Shown here: piece after piece, positions 48,936 through 62,129 of the stretch
Layout of the letters: every line of letters begins with the position of its first letter
How positions within the stretch are numbered: the stretch's first letter is position 1
DNA from: Mobula hypostoma
Lineage: Eukaryota
Reading direction: 5' to 3'
Length of the DNA: 64,000 nt
Assembly (NCBI RefSeq): GCF_963921235.1
Contig: NC_086109.1
Span: 7,752,001-7,816,000 of the forward strand
Program-made: the position numbers and the translations under genes
The notes under the pieces: generated by a model
The model's database searches: none
What the model was told of the DNA's origin: nothing
Seen by the model: the letters and a program-made list of their open reading frames with translations, nothing else

Positions 48936-49663
48936 AGACCAATTTATACTTGTGTGTCAAATTGATGCTGTAGGTATGGCGTAGCTGCGTACCCTACACC
49001 GTACCCTACGCCATAGCCTGATGCGCACCTCCCCAAAAATGTAACTACGCGTCGCAGCGACGCAGACTGCAGCAACTGTGATTGGTCCGCTTGGTCCGCT
49101 TGGTAACATCGCATTTCCTCCTACGCTGCAATAGGGCCACTGAAGGGCAGGGAAGGAACTTTCCATAAAGCTTTACAGACCTCCCAAATTATGGAGGACC
49201 CTGTGCTTGATGACAGTTTGTAGCTAGCTGCTACAGCCTGTTGACTTCCACCTGAAGCTAAAACTCGAATGGTGATTGCCAGTCTCTGAGTATACTGTGC
49301 GTACACTGATGCGAAATAAGTGGTTGGAGACGATGAACCAAATCATCAAATCTACCTGCCAACATCTGAAAATATTTGAAATGCATTTCCTCGTCCATGT
49401 CTCTCAGAGGCCGGACAAGCACAGAAAATTCACCCTCCTTCAGTTTCAGTCGCCATTGTTTAAAGTTTGAGTTTCTTCATCTTGAGTTTCAACACGAAGA
49501 AATTCAACACAGTGGCATCGAAACCCCACCGCCAATTAGCGTTTTGGCGGTGAATTGCAGAACGACACAGTCGCACCAATGCACAAGTATAAACGCTCAC
49601 AACGGCGTAGCCCACTTGCGTAGGCTACGGCGTAAGCTAGTACGTACAAGTGTAAATCAGCCT
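48936..49663 (-). mobile_element. Internally deleted PIF/Harbinger DNA transposon
   Basis: TAA TSD (48933-48935, 49664-49666); imperfect TIRs AGACCAATTTATACTTG / AGGCTGATTTACACTTG; transposase remnants [16 protein letters not shown] and [41 protein letters not shown]. Confidence 0.88.
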
Positions 49664-49667
49664 TAAG

Positions 49668-49997
49668 GGTGCAACATTAGCATAGCCGTTAGTGCAACAG
49701 CTCGGAGTGTCCAAGTTGGTAGTTCAATTCCGGCATCCTCCGTAAGAAAGCTTGTGTGTTCTTTACGTACGTACGTGTGTGTGTGTGTGTGTGTGTTTGT
49801 TTGTAGGTTTCCTCCAGGTTCTCTGGTTTCCTCCCACTTTCCAAAGATGTACTGGTGTACTGGTTAATAGGTTAATTGGTCATTGTAAATGGTCTTGTGG
49901 TTAGGCTAGCGGTCAAATCGGTGGGTCGCTGGGCAGCTTGGCCCAGTGGATTGGAAGGGCCTTTTCTTCACTCTATCGCTAAATGAATAAATAAATA
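49668..49997 (+). mobile_element. HE1/V-SINE-like SINE with internal (GT)n
   Basis: AGTTCAATTCCGG B-box-like motif, GGTTTCCTCCAGGTTCTCTGGTTTCCTCCCAC, (TAAA)n tail. Confidence 0.72.
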
Positions 49998-50836
49998 ATG
50001 TGCTGGGAGCAGCCCGCAAGTGTCTCCAACATAGCACGTACGTGGTGTTCAGCACAACCACACAAGAACCAACAACGAAACAAGTCCCCTCTGACCCACA
50101 CTCACAGACAAAGACAGGGCCGCATCCAGGCCTCCAGTCCTTATCCTCAGACTCAGGCACATTGTAAAGCCATTTGGACATTACCTGGATAGAAAGAGCA
50201 AAGGTGCCCAGCCTTTTGTTGTGCCGTGAACACCTACTATTAACTGAGGGGTCCATGGAAACCCTGATTTAGAGGAATATGAGTCATAAGCAGAAAGCTA
50301 GGACCTGCTCAGGTTGGTCAGTACAGACGAGTGGGACCAAAGGGTTTGTTTCTATGCTGTATAATTCTAATACTCTAAATGGACATGGTGGCTACCTTAT
50401 TATGTACTTCCTGTACCAAACAAAGAGTCACTGTGTGTATGTTTGTGGTCTTCTGCTGCTGTAACCCATCCACTTCAAGATTCGACATGTTGTGCGTTCA
50501 GGGATGCTCTTCTGCACACCAATATTATAAGGCAACGTTATTCGAGTTATTGTGTCCTTCCTGTCAGCTTGGACTAGCCTGGCCATTCGCCTCTGACCTC
50601 TGTCATTGACAAAATATTTTCGCCCACAGAACTGCCAATCACTGGATGTTTTTGTTTGTTTTTTGCACCATTCTCCTTGAACTCTAGAGACTGTTGTACA
50701 TGAAAATCCTCAGAGATCAGCGGTTTCTGAGATACTCAAACCACCTTCTCTAGCAGCAACAATCATTCCATGATCAAAATCACTCAGATCATATTTCGTT
50801 CCACATTCTGATGTTTGGTATGAGCAATAACTGAAC

Positions 50837-52565
50837 ACTTCAACAACAACTTCTCCTTCTTCTTCTCCTTCACCTTCTCCTTCTCCTTCTTCTCTTTCTT
50901 CTTCTTCTCCTCTTTCTTCTTCTTCTCCTTCTTCTTCTTCTCCTTCTTCTCCTTCTCCTCCTTCTCCTTCTCCTTCTTCTTCTCCTTCTTCTTCTCCTTT
51001 TCCTTCTTCTCCTTCTTCTTCTTCTCCTTCTTCTTCTTCTCCTTCTCCTTCTCCTCCTTCTCCTTCTACTTCTCCTTCTTCTCCTTCTTCTTCTCCTTCT
51101 CCTTCTCCTTCTCCTTCTCCTTCTCCTTCTTCTCCTCCTTCTTCTCCTTCTTCTTATCCTTCTCCCTCTTGTTCTTCTTCTCCTTCTCCTTCTCCTTCTT
51201 CTCCTTCTCCTTCTCCTTCTTCTCCTTCTCCTTCTCCTTCTCCTTCTCCTTCTCCTTCTTCTTCTCCTTCTCCTTCTTCTCCTTCTCCTTCTCCTCCTTC
51301 TCCTTCTTCTCCTTCTCCTTCTTCTCCTCCTTCTTCTTCACCTTCTCCACCTTCTCCTTCTCCTTCTCCTTCTCCTTCTCCTTCTTCTTCACCTTCTCCT
51401 TCTCCTTCTTCTCCTTCTCCTTCTCCTTCTTCTCCTTCTCCTTCTTCTCCTTCTTCTTCTCCTTCTCCTTCTTCTCCTTCTTCTTCTTCTCCTTCTTCTC
51501 CTTCTCCTTCTTCTTCTTCTTCTTCTCCTTCTTCTTCTCCTTCTCCTCCTTCTCCTTCTCCTTCTCCTTCTCCTTCTCCTTCTTCTACTTCTCCTTCTCC
51601 TTCTTCTCCTTCTCCTTCTCCTTCTCCTTCTCCTTCTCCTTCTCCTTCTTCTTCTCCTTCTCTTCTCGTTCTCCTTCTCCCTCTCTTTCTTCTCCTTCTT
51701 CTTCTTCCTCTTCCTTTTAGTGGCGGTTGGCAGCCCAACTTAAAGGTTCATTCCTGCCACCAACTGGCCTGGAGTGTGGTGTCGAGAGTTGGAAAATAAA
51801 ACCCCTACTAGTTCTTTATCAAATGAAAACTAAATTACCCCCAAAAGCCCTTCAGGTTGTAAATAATGAAAGACAATATTGTGAATTACATTAAAATCAC
51901 TTCCATAACTTAGTAAGTTTTTTAAGCCCCGAGGATAGTAGGGCAGCCTGCATTTGCTTTCTCTCAACCTTCTATGCTTCACACTGTAAGAGAATATGTT
52001 CAACTGTTTCATAATGATGGCAACACCTACACACCCCAACAAGATATAGGAATAATTAAGCATAGGATGCCCAATTCTAAGTTGAGTCAATATAATTCCT
52101 TCCCTTCTTGTCTTACCCCCTTTTCCCATCAATCCAACTGTTTTATGTATACTGTAAAGGGTTCTCCCCATACGTCCATTATCCCACAGGTCTTTCCATA
52201 ATCCCCTATTTCTTAGCCCCACCAACCCCTTAGCTTTTGATTTACTATGTGGAAGCTCTATATCCATTACTGAAGTTTTAACAGATTTTTAGTCAAGTTA
52301 TCAACCTGTTCATTCCCCTCACTACCTCTACGTACAGCGACCCATAAGAAGAAAACATGAAAACCAATGCTTCAAACAAAAAATAAAGTTTGAAGAGTTT
52401 CCAGCAGTAAATCTGACCTATTGCTAGAATGACCTGTTTTAAGACCAATCAAAACCGGAAAAGAATCTGAGCAAATTATAACTTTGCAAGGACAAATTTG
52501 CTCCACCCACTGTAAACCCAAAACAATGGCGACCAGTTCTGCTGTATATACAGATAAATGGTCAG
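50837..52565 (-). mobile_element. Nimb/I-clade LINE 3' part with RNase H domain
   Basis: SVYTAELVAI..IICSDS..LWVAV.RG.EGNEQVD (RNase H), W..LWD..GRTLY, LRIGH; TSD TAACTGAAC (50828-50836, 52566-52574). Confidence 0.88.
50850..51717. repeat. ~870-bp (CTT/CTC)n polypyrimidine tract
   Basis: Almost pure C/T triplet and hexamer repeats. Confidence 0.98.
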
Positions 52566-53094
52566 TAACTGAACCTCTTGGCTATGTCTGCATGCTTTCA
52601 TACATTGAGCTGCTGCCACATGATTGGCTGATTAGATATTTGCACTAACGAGTAGGTGTACAGGTGTTTCTAATGAAGTGATCACTGAGTGTGTCCATCT
52701 CTTGTTCCTTTCGATGTTCTAGGGTATTCTGGACAGCAAAATAGGCTTGAAAACACAAATTCAGTTTTATGAAGAACTTTAGTGACAATATATCAGAACA
52801 ATACAATGTGCCCCACAGAAGATGTATGGCCCTTCCTCGTTTATTTCAGTCTAGATGTTAGGGGAATCAATCACATTCTGCTCCCTTCTCTCCAAGCAAC
52901 GGAGAAAAATACTTTGAGTTAAACCAAGGGAAGAAGTAACATCTCTCAGATCCCTATGACCTGATGTATTACAGTCTGAAATAGAACTTTATGACTCTCT
53001 TGAAAATGATCGGGCAGAACCATCTTCCAATAAAACACTGTCATTTATAATTAAATGTTGGGAGTGGCGAGTAATGGAGTGAATGGTGTTATTT

Positions 53095-53370
53095 TGGGCA
53101 CCATTAGCGCAATGCTATTAAAACTTGAAGCGTCAGAGTTCAGGGTGCAATTCTAGCGCTGGTTGTGAGGATTTTCTCCCTTCTTTCTGTGACTCTGTGG
53201 GCTTCCTCCAGGTGTTCCGGTTTCGTCCCAAAGTCCAAAGATGCGCCTATTAATAGGTTAATTAGACATCATAAATTGTCTTGTGATTAGGCCAGGGTTA
53301 AAAAGGTGGGTTGTTAGGCAGCACGGTTCATTGGGCCAGAGAGGTCTGTACCTCTAAATTTTAAAAAAAA
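53095..53370 (+). mobile_element. HE1/V-SINE-like SINE (degenerate)
   Basis: CTTCCTCCAGGTGTTCCGGTTTCGTCCCAAAGTCCAAAGA. Confidence 0.65.
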
Positions 53371-54849
53371 TTCCTCATAGGGTAATATTCCTCTTGGTAA
53401 TAATCAATCTCTGGGAGTTCACCCATGTTCCTTCTAGCTTGCTATAAATGAGTAATCACCCGCACTCCTCCATCTCACTCCAGCCACTCCCCCCCCTCCG
53501 CTGCCTTTTCTGAGCCCAGGTCTCGGCCCGAAATGTCGACTGTTCACTCTTTTCCATAGATGCTGCCTGGCCTGCTGAGTTCCTCCAGCATTTTGAGTGT
53601 GTTGCCTGCTGCTTGTCATTATTTATTGCTATTTATTTCTATTCGCATTTGCACAGTTTGTTATTTTCTGCACTCTGGTTGATCTTTCATTGATCCTGTT
53701 ATAGTTACTGTTCTGTAGATTTGTTGAGTATGCCCACAGGAAAATGAATCTCTGGGTTGTATATGGTGACATATATGTACTTTGAATTTGAATGTGAATT
53801 TTGCTTCTCATAATCATCAGGTTAATCTTTGCCTTATTTTTAGATGTATTCTTTTTCTTAAGCATTTCGGTAACTTTATCTGATAGCCTGGAGGTTTATT
53901 GCTCCATAACGATTTTACAATATATTTTTATTTCATACTTTCATGTTAAAATATGACCAAATTTAGATTTTAAAATGAGAATCTGCATTTCATGAACTTG
54001 ACAAATCGATGATCTTTTGTGTTTCATTTTTGACCCAACACAACCCACCGACTCTGCACACTCAGTTCCACAAGGGATTCCCATTTAGCCGTGGCTTCCA
54101 AAGGGCTTTCCGATTCCAAGCAGCAACTACTGGTCGGAGCAGCCAAGTCTCAAAGGTCTGTAGTATTCTCCTTTCTCAGAGAAAGAAGCCTATTCTTTCA
54201 GAAGGCAAACATTATTTATTTGTTTGTTTGTTTATTTATTTATTTATTGGGTCGGTCCTATTAACAGGTACAGCTTTGGACTTTGGGAGGAAAGCCACAC
54301 TATTGTTGAACCTGGTGGTGCCAGGCCTGAGGCTCACGTATCTTCTATCTGATGGCAGCAATGAGAAGGGAGCTTGTCCTGGGCTGTGAGGATCTTTGAT
54401 GATGGATGTTGCTTCTCTACGGCAGTTTCATGTAGATATGCTCAAAGGTTGGGAGGGTGTAACGTGTGATGGACTGGGCTGAATCAATCCACTACCTTTT
54501 GTAGGATTTTCTGTTCAAAGGCGTTGGCGTATCCATACCAGCCCATGATACAGCCAGACACTGCTCTCTTCACTACATATTTATAGAAGTTTGTCAAAGT
54601 TGTAGACGCCTTGCTGATTCTCTGCTCACTCCTAAGGAAGTGGGAGCACTGCTGTGTTTCCTTCACAATTACACTTACATGCTGGGTCTAAAGGAATGAG
54701 TTTCAAAAATTAGAAGAAAATCTGTACAAATAAATTGAATGATTATCAATGGTGATGCATCCTTAGGAAGAGGAATTATCAGGTTAGTAACGCCAAACTG
54801 CAGTTTCAAACTATGGAAGTGAATTTGGAAACAAAGGAACTTGGGAGTG

Positions 54850-56010
54850 AAGGATTCCTGAAGGTTAATTTGCAGGTTGAGTCATTGGTAAAGAAGGCAA
54901 ATACAATGTTAGCATTTATCTTGAGAGGACTAGAATATAAAAATAAGGATGTAATGCTGAGGCTGTATAAGGCAGTGGTCAGCCCACATTTGGAGTATTG
55001 TGAGCAGCTTTAGGCCCCTTATCAAAGAAAGAATGTGTTGACGTTGGAGAGGGCCCACAAGTGATTCACAGGAATGATCTCGGGAAAGAAACGGCCTGGA
55101 GCTTTGAAGAATGAGACGGAGTCTCATCGAAACCTATTGAACATTGAAAGATCCAGATAACGTGGAAGTAGAGAGGACGTTTCCTGTGTTTGGAGGAGTC
55201 CAGGGCCAGAGGGCACTGCCTCAGAATACAACGAAGAATTTAATGCCGACAAGTGCGAGGTGTTGCACTTCGATAGGACCGACGAGGGTAGGTCTCACAG
55301 AGTGAACGGCAGGGCACTGAGGAGTGCAGCAGAACAAAGGGATTTGGGAATACATGTCCATAATTCATTGAAAGTTATGTCACAGGTAGATCGGGCCTGG
55401 AGGACCTGAGTTATAAGGAAAGATCGAAAAGGTTAGGACTTTATTCCTTGGAGCATAGAAGATTGATGGGAGATTCGATAGAGGCATACAAATTTATGAG
55501 GGGTATAGACAGGGTTAATGCAAGCAAGCTTTTTCCATGAGGTTGGGTGGGACTACAACTAGAGGTCATGGGTTAAGGGTAAAAGGAGAAAAGATTAAGG
55601 GGAACATGAGGGGAACTTCCTCATTCAGAGGGTCATGAGAGTGTGGAACGAGCTGCCGTCGCAAGTTGTGTATGTGAGCTCAATTTCAATGTTTAAGAGA
55701 AGTTTGGATAGGTACATGGATGGTAGGGGTATGGAGGGCTATGGTTTGAGTACAGGCCAATGGGAGTAGGCTGTTTAAATGGTTCAGCATGGATGAGATG
55801 AGCTGAAGGGCCTATTTCTGTGCTGTATTTTTCTACAACGCTATGACATCCCTTTAGGACAGAGATGAGTGTGGTGAATCTGTAGAACTCATTGCCACAG
55901 GCTGTGGAGGCCAAGTGATTGGGGATGCGTAAAACATGATCAGTAAGGGTGTCAAAGGTTACGGGGAGAAGGCAGGAGAATGGGGTTGTGAGGGGTATTC
56001 AGCCATGAAG
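54850..56010 (+). mobile_element. Nested CR1 3' fragments (inner ~55234-55835)
   Basis: KKANTMLAFILRGLEYK; inner FNADKCEVLHF..VWNELP; the outer fragment resumes at GACATCCCTTTAGGACAGAGATGAG. Confidence 0.78.
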
Positions 56011-56954
56011 GAATGGTCTCTGGATCTGGGAGGTGGTAGCCCTGCCGCTTTGCCTCTGTGACACAAGTCAGGGCAATCTTGTAACCCGAATTCTGATCAG
56101 GCTTGGAGTGGCCGTGGTCACATCGAGTTTGGGTCAGGCCCTCTACCCAGAGCCCCAGAAGCCATTCTGGAAGTACTGTCCCTGGAGGGATCACAGCATA
56201 GGTTGTCTAATGGCCAACTAAACCGATCTCTTGTGCCAACACAATGTCCATATCCTTCCATTCCCTGCACATTCATCTGCCTATCTAAGAGCCTCTCGAA
56301 TGCCTCTATCATACCTGCCTTGGCCACCACTCCAGGAAGAGTCCAGATTAAAAGTTATAAGGAGATTCAGGTGAGAGAGGATAAGTTCGAAGAAGCTGTG
56401 TAGGGAATGCTTTTCACACAAATGGTGGGGTGCCTGGAATGTGCTGTGAGGAGTGGTAATGGAGGCAAATCAGGTTTAATATCACCAACATAACTCACAA
56501 AATTTGTTAACTTTGCAGCAGCAAAACAATACAATACATGATAATAGAGAGAAAAATAAAACTTGGAATTACAGTAAATACCTATATCTATAATTAAATA
56601 AATAGTGCAAAAAAAGGAAATTTAAAAAGTCATGTTGTAGGGTTCATGGGTTCAATTTCTATTCAGAAATCGGATGGCAGTGAGGAAGAAGCTGTTCCTA
56701 AATCGCTGAGCGTGTGACTTCAGGCTCCTGTACCTCGTTTCTGATGGTAGTAATGACTAGAGGGCATATTGTGGGTGGTGGGGGTCCTTAACGATGGACA
56801 CTGTCTTTCCGAGGCACCGCGACTTGAGGATGTCTTGGATGCTACGGAGGCTAGTGCCCATGATGGAGCTGACTGAGTTTACAACTCTCTGCAGCTTACT
56901 TCGATCCTGTGCAGTAGACCCCCTACTATACAATTGTACTTATTTAATACAATT

Positions 56955-58610
56955 AGAAACATAGAAACATAGAAAACATACAGCACAATACAGGTCTTTC
57001 AGCCCACAAAGCTGTGCTGAACATGTCCCTACCTTAGAACTACCTAGGCTTTACCCATAGCCCTCTATTTTTCTAAGCTCCATGTACCCATCCAGGAGTC
57101 TCTTAAAAGACCCTATTGTTTCCGCCTCCACCACCGCCGCCGGCAGCCCATTCCACGCACTCACCACTCTCTGCGTAAAAAAACTTTCTCCTGACACCTC
57201 CTCTGTACCTACTTCCAAGCACCTTAAAACTATGCCCTCTCGTGCTAGCCATTTCAGTCCTGGGGAAAAGCCTCTGACTATCCACAAGATCGATGCCTCT
57301 CATTATCTTGTACACTTCTATCAGGTCACCTCTTATCCTCCGTCGCTCCAAGGAGGAAAGGCTGAGTTCACTCAACCTATTCTCATAAGGCATGCTCCCC
57401 AATCCAGGCAACATCCTTGTAAATCTCCTCTGCACCCTTTCTATGGTTTCCACGTCCTTCCTATAGTGAGGCGACCAGAACTGAGCACAATACACCAAGT
57501 GGGGTCCGACCAGGGTCCTATATAGCTGCAACATTACCTCTTGGCTCTTAAACTCAATCCCACTATTGATGAAGGCCAATGCATCGTATGCCTTCTTAAC
57601 CACAGAGTCAACATGCATAGCAGCTTTGAGTGTCCTATGGATTCGGACCCCAAGATCCCTCTGATCCTCTACGCTGCCAAGAGTCTTACCATTAATGCTA
57701 TATTCTGCCATCATATTTGACCTACCAAAATGAACCACCTCACAGTTATCTGGGTTGAACTCCATCTGCCACTTCTCAGCCCAGTTTTGCATCCTATCAA
57801 TGTCCTGTTGTAACCTCTGACAGCCCTCCACACTATCCACAACACCCCCAACCTTTGTGTCATCAGCACATTTACTAACTCATCCTTCCACTTCTTCATC
57901 CAGGTCATTTATAAAAATCACAAAAAGTAGGGATCCCAGAACAGATCCCTAAGGCACACCACTGGTCACTGACCTCCATGCAGAATATGACCCGTCTACA
58001 ACCACTCTTTGCCTTCTGTGTACAAACCAATTCTAGATCCACAAAGCAATGTCCCCCTGGATCTCATGCCTCCTTACTTTCTCAATAAGCCTTGCATGGG
58101 GTACCTTATCAAATGCCTTGCTAAAATCCATATACACTACATCTACGGCTCTACCTTCATCAATGTGCTTAGTCACATCCTCAAAGAATTCAGTCAGGCT
58201 CATAAGACACAACGTGCCTTTGACAAAGCCGTGTTGACTATTCCTAATTATATTATGCCTCTCCAAATGTTCATAAATCCTGCCTCTCAGGATCTTCTCC
58301 ATCAATTTACTAACCACTGAAGTAAGACTCACTGGTCTATAATTTCCTGGGCAACTCCTACTCCCTTTCTTGAATAAAGGAACAACATCTGCAACCCTCC
58401 AATCCTCCGGAACCTCTCTCGGCCTCATTGGTGATGCAAAGATCATTGCCAGAGGCTCAGCAATCTCCTCCCTCGCTTCCCACAGTAGCCTGGGGTACAT
58501 CCCGTCCAGTCCCAGTGACTTATCCAACTTGATGCTTTCCCAAAGTCTCCAGCACATTCCCTTTCTTAATCTCTACATTCTCAAGCTCTTCAGTCCACTG
58601 CAGGTCGTCC
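56955..58610 (-). mobile_element. CR1 LINE, 1.65 kb 5'-truncated RT pseudogene
   Basis: ORFs 58033-58557 and 57103-57840 with NYRPVSLTS, DFSKAFDKVPH, WAEKWQMEFNPD; (TTCTATGT)n tail; possible TSD TACAATT. Confidence 0.93.
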
Positions 58611-58828
58611 TACAATTGTAGGAAACCAGTTCTTCCTGAACTTGGTGGTGTGGGATTTCAGTCTTCTGTACCTTCTGCCTGATAGCAGTGAGAAGAGGGC
58701 ATGGCCCGGATAGTGGGGCTCCTTAATGATCCATGCCGCCTTCTCGAGACAGTGCCTCCTGTAAGTACTGCCAGTGGTGTGTTTGTGATGGACAAGACTG
58801 TGTTCACTATGTGCTTCATCCTCTAGCA

Positions 58829-58908
58829 CAGGGTTCCCGACCTGGGGCCACGAATCCCTCGGTTAATGGCAAGGCTCACTGGCATGAAAAAAATGTTGAG
58901 AACCCCTG
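58829..58908. mobile_element. hAT/Charlie-like MITE (~80 bp)
   Basis: CAGGGTTCCCGACCT..TGTTGAGAACCCCTG terminal inverted repeats; no clean TSD. Confidence 0.55.
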
Positions 58909-59607
58909 GTTTAGTGGGATGAACTTAGGAAGATTCTGCATGAAAGCAGGTAAATCAGATAGGAAACAGCAAGTCAAACATACAAATGACATATTTCACT
59001 CTGTGTTTCGAAGTTTTGATACACATGTGACAAATAAAGCTAATCTCCATCCACCATCTTGATAAGCAGAGGTTTAGCGAGCTAAGTGTGGCACTAGCTC
59101 ACTGAGCGCATTGTGCCGAAGGGCCTTGTCCTTGTTGTATGACCCTAAAGTTCAAAGTTCAAAGTAAATTTTATTATCAGAGTACAGATATGTCACCACA
59201 TACAACGCTGAGATTCTTTTTCCTGCGGGCAAACTCAACAAATCTATAGACTAGTAACTACAACAGGATGAATGGAAGATCAACCAGAGTGCAGAAGACA
59301 ACAAATTAATCAAATGCAAATATAAATAAATAGCAATAAATACCAAAACATGAGATAATGAGATAAAGAGTCCTTAAAGTGAGATCGTTGGCTGTGGGAA
59401 CATCTCAATGGATGGGCAAGTGAGTGTAGTTATCCCCTTTGTTCAAGAGCCTGATGGTTGAGGGGTAGTAATTGTTCTTGAACCTGGAGGTGCGAGTCCT
59501 GAGGTATCTGTCCTTCTGCCTGATGGCAGCAGTGAGACAAAGAGCATGTCCTGGGTGGAAGGGATCTCTGATGATGGATGCTGCTTTCCTACGACAGTGT
59601 TTCATGT

Positions 59608-59893
59608 GTTTTTTCAATATTCTTTTGTTTATCTAATGACAAATAATGTTCTTATCTGAGGGAATAGGTCATCCCAGTCTTCGTTTTGTTTTTTTTAGTT
59701 TAGGGGATTCTTTATAAAACTCTTTTTTCATGTTCAACTACTCAGAGACTGTGAGGCTTGAATTGTATATTTCACTCGAATTATGTTTGTATATGTTAAC
59801 CATTATCAATGTTCTACTGACCTCTTTGTATCATTAGTATTGTTATGCACATTAATCTGAAAATTAATAAAAAGATTGAAAAAGGGAAAAAAA
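59608..59893 (+). mobile_element. L1-like 3' UTR fragment inserted in a Rex-like fragment (~59150-60030, minus)
   Basis: AT-rich, ends AATAAAAAGATTGAAAAGGGAAAAAAAA; flanked by a 65-bp direct repeat. Confidence 0.7.
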
Positions 59894-60381
59894 AGCATGT
59901 CCTGGGTGGAAGGGAACTCTGATGATGGATACTGCTTTCCTATGACTGTGTTTCATGTAGGCGTTCTCACTGGTTGGGAGGGCTTTACCCGTGATTTAGT
60001 GGGCCAAATCCACTCTATGACATACGTCATGAAATTTGTTGTTTTGCAGCAGCAGTACAGTGCATGAGATAAAAATTGCTGGGAGTTACATGCAGGATGT
60101 ACCTCTGGGCCCTCGGGCCTAACCCTAATACTCGACAGTGTGGTAGAATGTTGAAGTTGTCTGGTGTTACTGCTGTTTACTGATAAACATTACAAAAGAC
60201 TTGGCTCCGCTTAGTAAACATTAGTCATCTCCCTGATGCAACTGTGAGATAGCAATCCTGTAAATATCCTGAATAAAAAATATGAAAGCTCTCGCACAGC
60301 ATTTGTGTTTGGTGCAGCAGCAAGCTCTTTAGTTTACTGATGGTCCGGGAAGTAACTTCACATATACTCACACTTGCCCCT

Positions 60382-60383
<2 letters not shown>

Positions 60384-60452
<69 letters not shown>
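60384..60452. repeat. (CA)n microsatellite
   Basis: Direct reading. Confidence 0.98.
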
Positions 60453-60454
<2 letters not shown>

Positions 60455-60469
60455 AATCAAGAATCAAGA

Positions 60470-61370
60470 ATCTATCAGTCTCTGTCAGTCTCTGCCTTAA
60501 ATATACCCAATGACTTGGCCTCCATGGCTGCCTGTGGCAACAAATTCCACAGACTTACCACTCTCTGGCTAAAGAAATTCCTCCTCATCTCCATTCTAAA
60601 AGGACACCGCTCTATTCTGAGGCTGTGTCCTCTGGTCCTAGACTCTCCCACCATAGGAAACATCCTCTCCACATCCACTCTATCAAGGCCTTTCAACTTG
60701 CGGGATTGATGTTAGCCCTGGATGGGGTATCTAGACGAGGATTGCAGTAAGGTTGTCAGTCGTTCAGGACAAAGGTAGAGTGTTGAACATTGAACTTAGA
60801 GCAGTATAGCACAGAACAGGCCATTTGGCCCACCACATCTGTGCCAACCATGATGCCAATCTGAACTAAACCTATCTGCCTGATATGGTCTATATGACTC
60901 CATGTTCGTGTCCCTGTACAAGTTCCTCTGAAACGTTGCTGTCACATCTGGTTCTACACCTGCCCTGGCATCCTGCTCCAGGCACTAACCACTTTCTGTG
61001 TTAAAAAAATTTGTTTCATAATCTCCTTTGAACTTCCTCCCTCTCCTCTTAAAGCTAAGCCCTCTAGTGTTTGACACTTCTAAACTGGTAAAAAGCCTCT
61101 GACCAGCGACTCTATCTATACTTCCCATGATTGTATAAATCTCTATCAATCTCTCCTTAAGAACATGCCCGGTGATCCAGGCAGCATCCAGGTAAATCTC
61201 TCCAAAGCCTCCACATCCTTCCTATAATATGGTAATTAGAATTCGATACAGACATGGCCTCACCAAAATTTCAGCAACTTGACTTCCCAAGTTTTATACT
61301 CAACACCCCAACCGATGTCAGTAAGGGTGTGAGCACAAGATCATGGGGATTAATGGCCTGTTCCTGTTTC
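60470..61370 (-). mobile_element. CR1 3' fragments
   Basis: KGLDRVDVERMFP..RTRGHSLRI..FFSQRVVSLWN. Confidence 0.8.
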
Positions 61371-61401
61371 TGCCCATTGGTTTCTTATGAACACACATGT
61401 G

Positions 61402-61977
61402 CACTCAATGGCCATAATATTAGGTACCTCATGTATCTAATGAAGTGGCCTCTGAGCCTATGTTCATGATCTTCTGCAGCTGTGTAGCCCATCCACTTCA
61501 AGGTTCGATGTGTTGAACATTCAGAGATGCTCTTCTGCACACCACTGTTGTAATGCGTGGTTATTTGAGTTACTGTCTCCTTCTTCTCGGCTTGAATCAG
61601 TCTGGCCATTCTCCTCTGACCTCTCTCATTAACAAGATGTTCTCAACCACAGGACAGCTGCTCACGCTTTTGATTTTTACTTCTTTTGCCTTTTTTTGCA
61701 CCATTCTCTATAAACTCTCAAGACAGTTGGGCATGAAAATCCTAGAAGATCAGCGATTTCCGAGATACTCAAACCTGCCCATCTGGCACCGGCAATCATT
61801 CCACAATCAAGATCACTTAGATCACATTCCTTCTCCAGTTTGATGTTTGGTGTGGGCAACAACTGAACCTTTTGACCATGTCTGCATGCTTTTATGCATT
61901 GAGTTGCTGTTGCATGATTGACTGATTAGATATTTGCGTTACTGTGCAGGTGTACCTAATAAAGTGGCCACTGAGTA
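61402..61977 (-). mobile_element. Internally deleted Tc1-like transposon
   Basis: TIRs CACTCAATGGCCATAATATTAGGTAC / GTACCTAATAAAGTGGCCACTGAGT; HTH remnants DLSDLDCGMIAGARWAGLSISEIADLLGFS and VTQITTHYNSG..ISECSTHRTLKWMGY. Confidence 0.88.
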
Positions 61978-62129
61978 TAAGTACATTATAGTGAACAATG
62001 CCTAGATATTTATCAAGAAAAAAATTCATATGTAAGTTTATTTCAAAATGTTTAAATAAAATACCAAAGAATATTGTACCCTAAGGTATCTTTTCCTGCA
62101 AGACTGGCTGCATTGTTTATCGAATGCGA

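Larger units (their letters stand above)
50385..52692 (-). mobile_element. Deleted Tc1-like transposon split by a LINE insertion (50837-52565)
   Basis: Both halves are colinear with 61402-61977; degenerate TIRs. Confidence 0.8.

Noticed and set aside
51066..51738. E/G-, K/E- and F/S-rich ORFs (superficially RPGR ORF15-like)
   Set aside because: Stop-free frames of the triplet tract, lying within a LINE's TSD
55227..55840. TACAACG as the TSD of the inner CR1
   Set aside because: The right copy could be a decayed TTCTATGA tail; ambiguous
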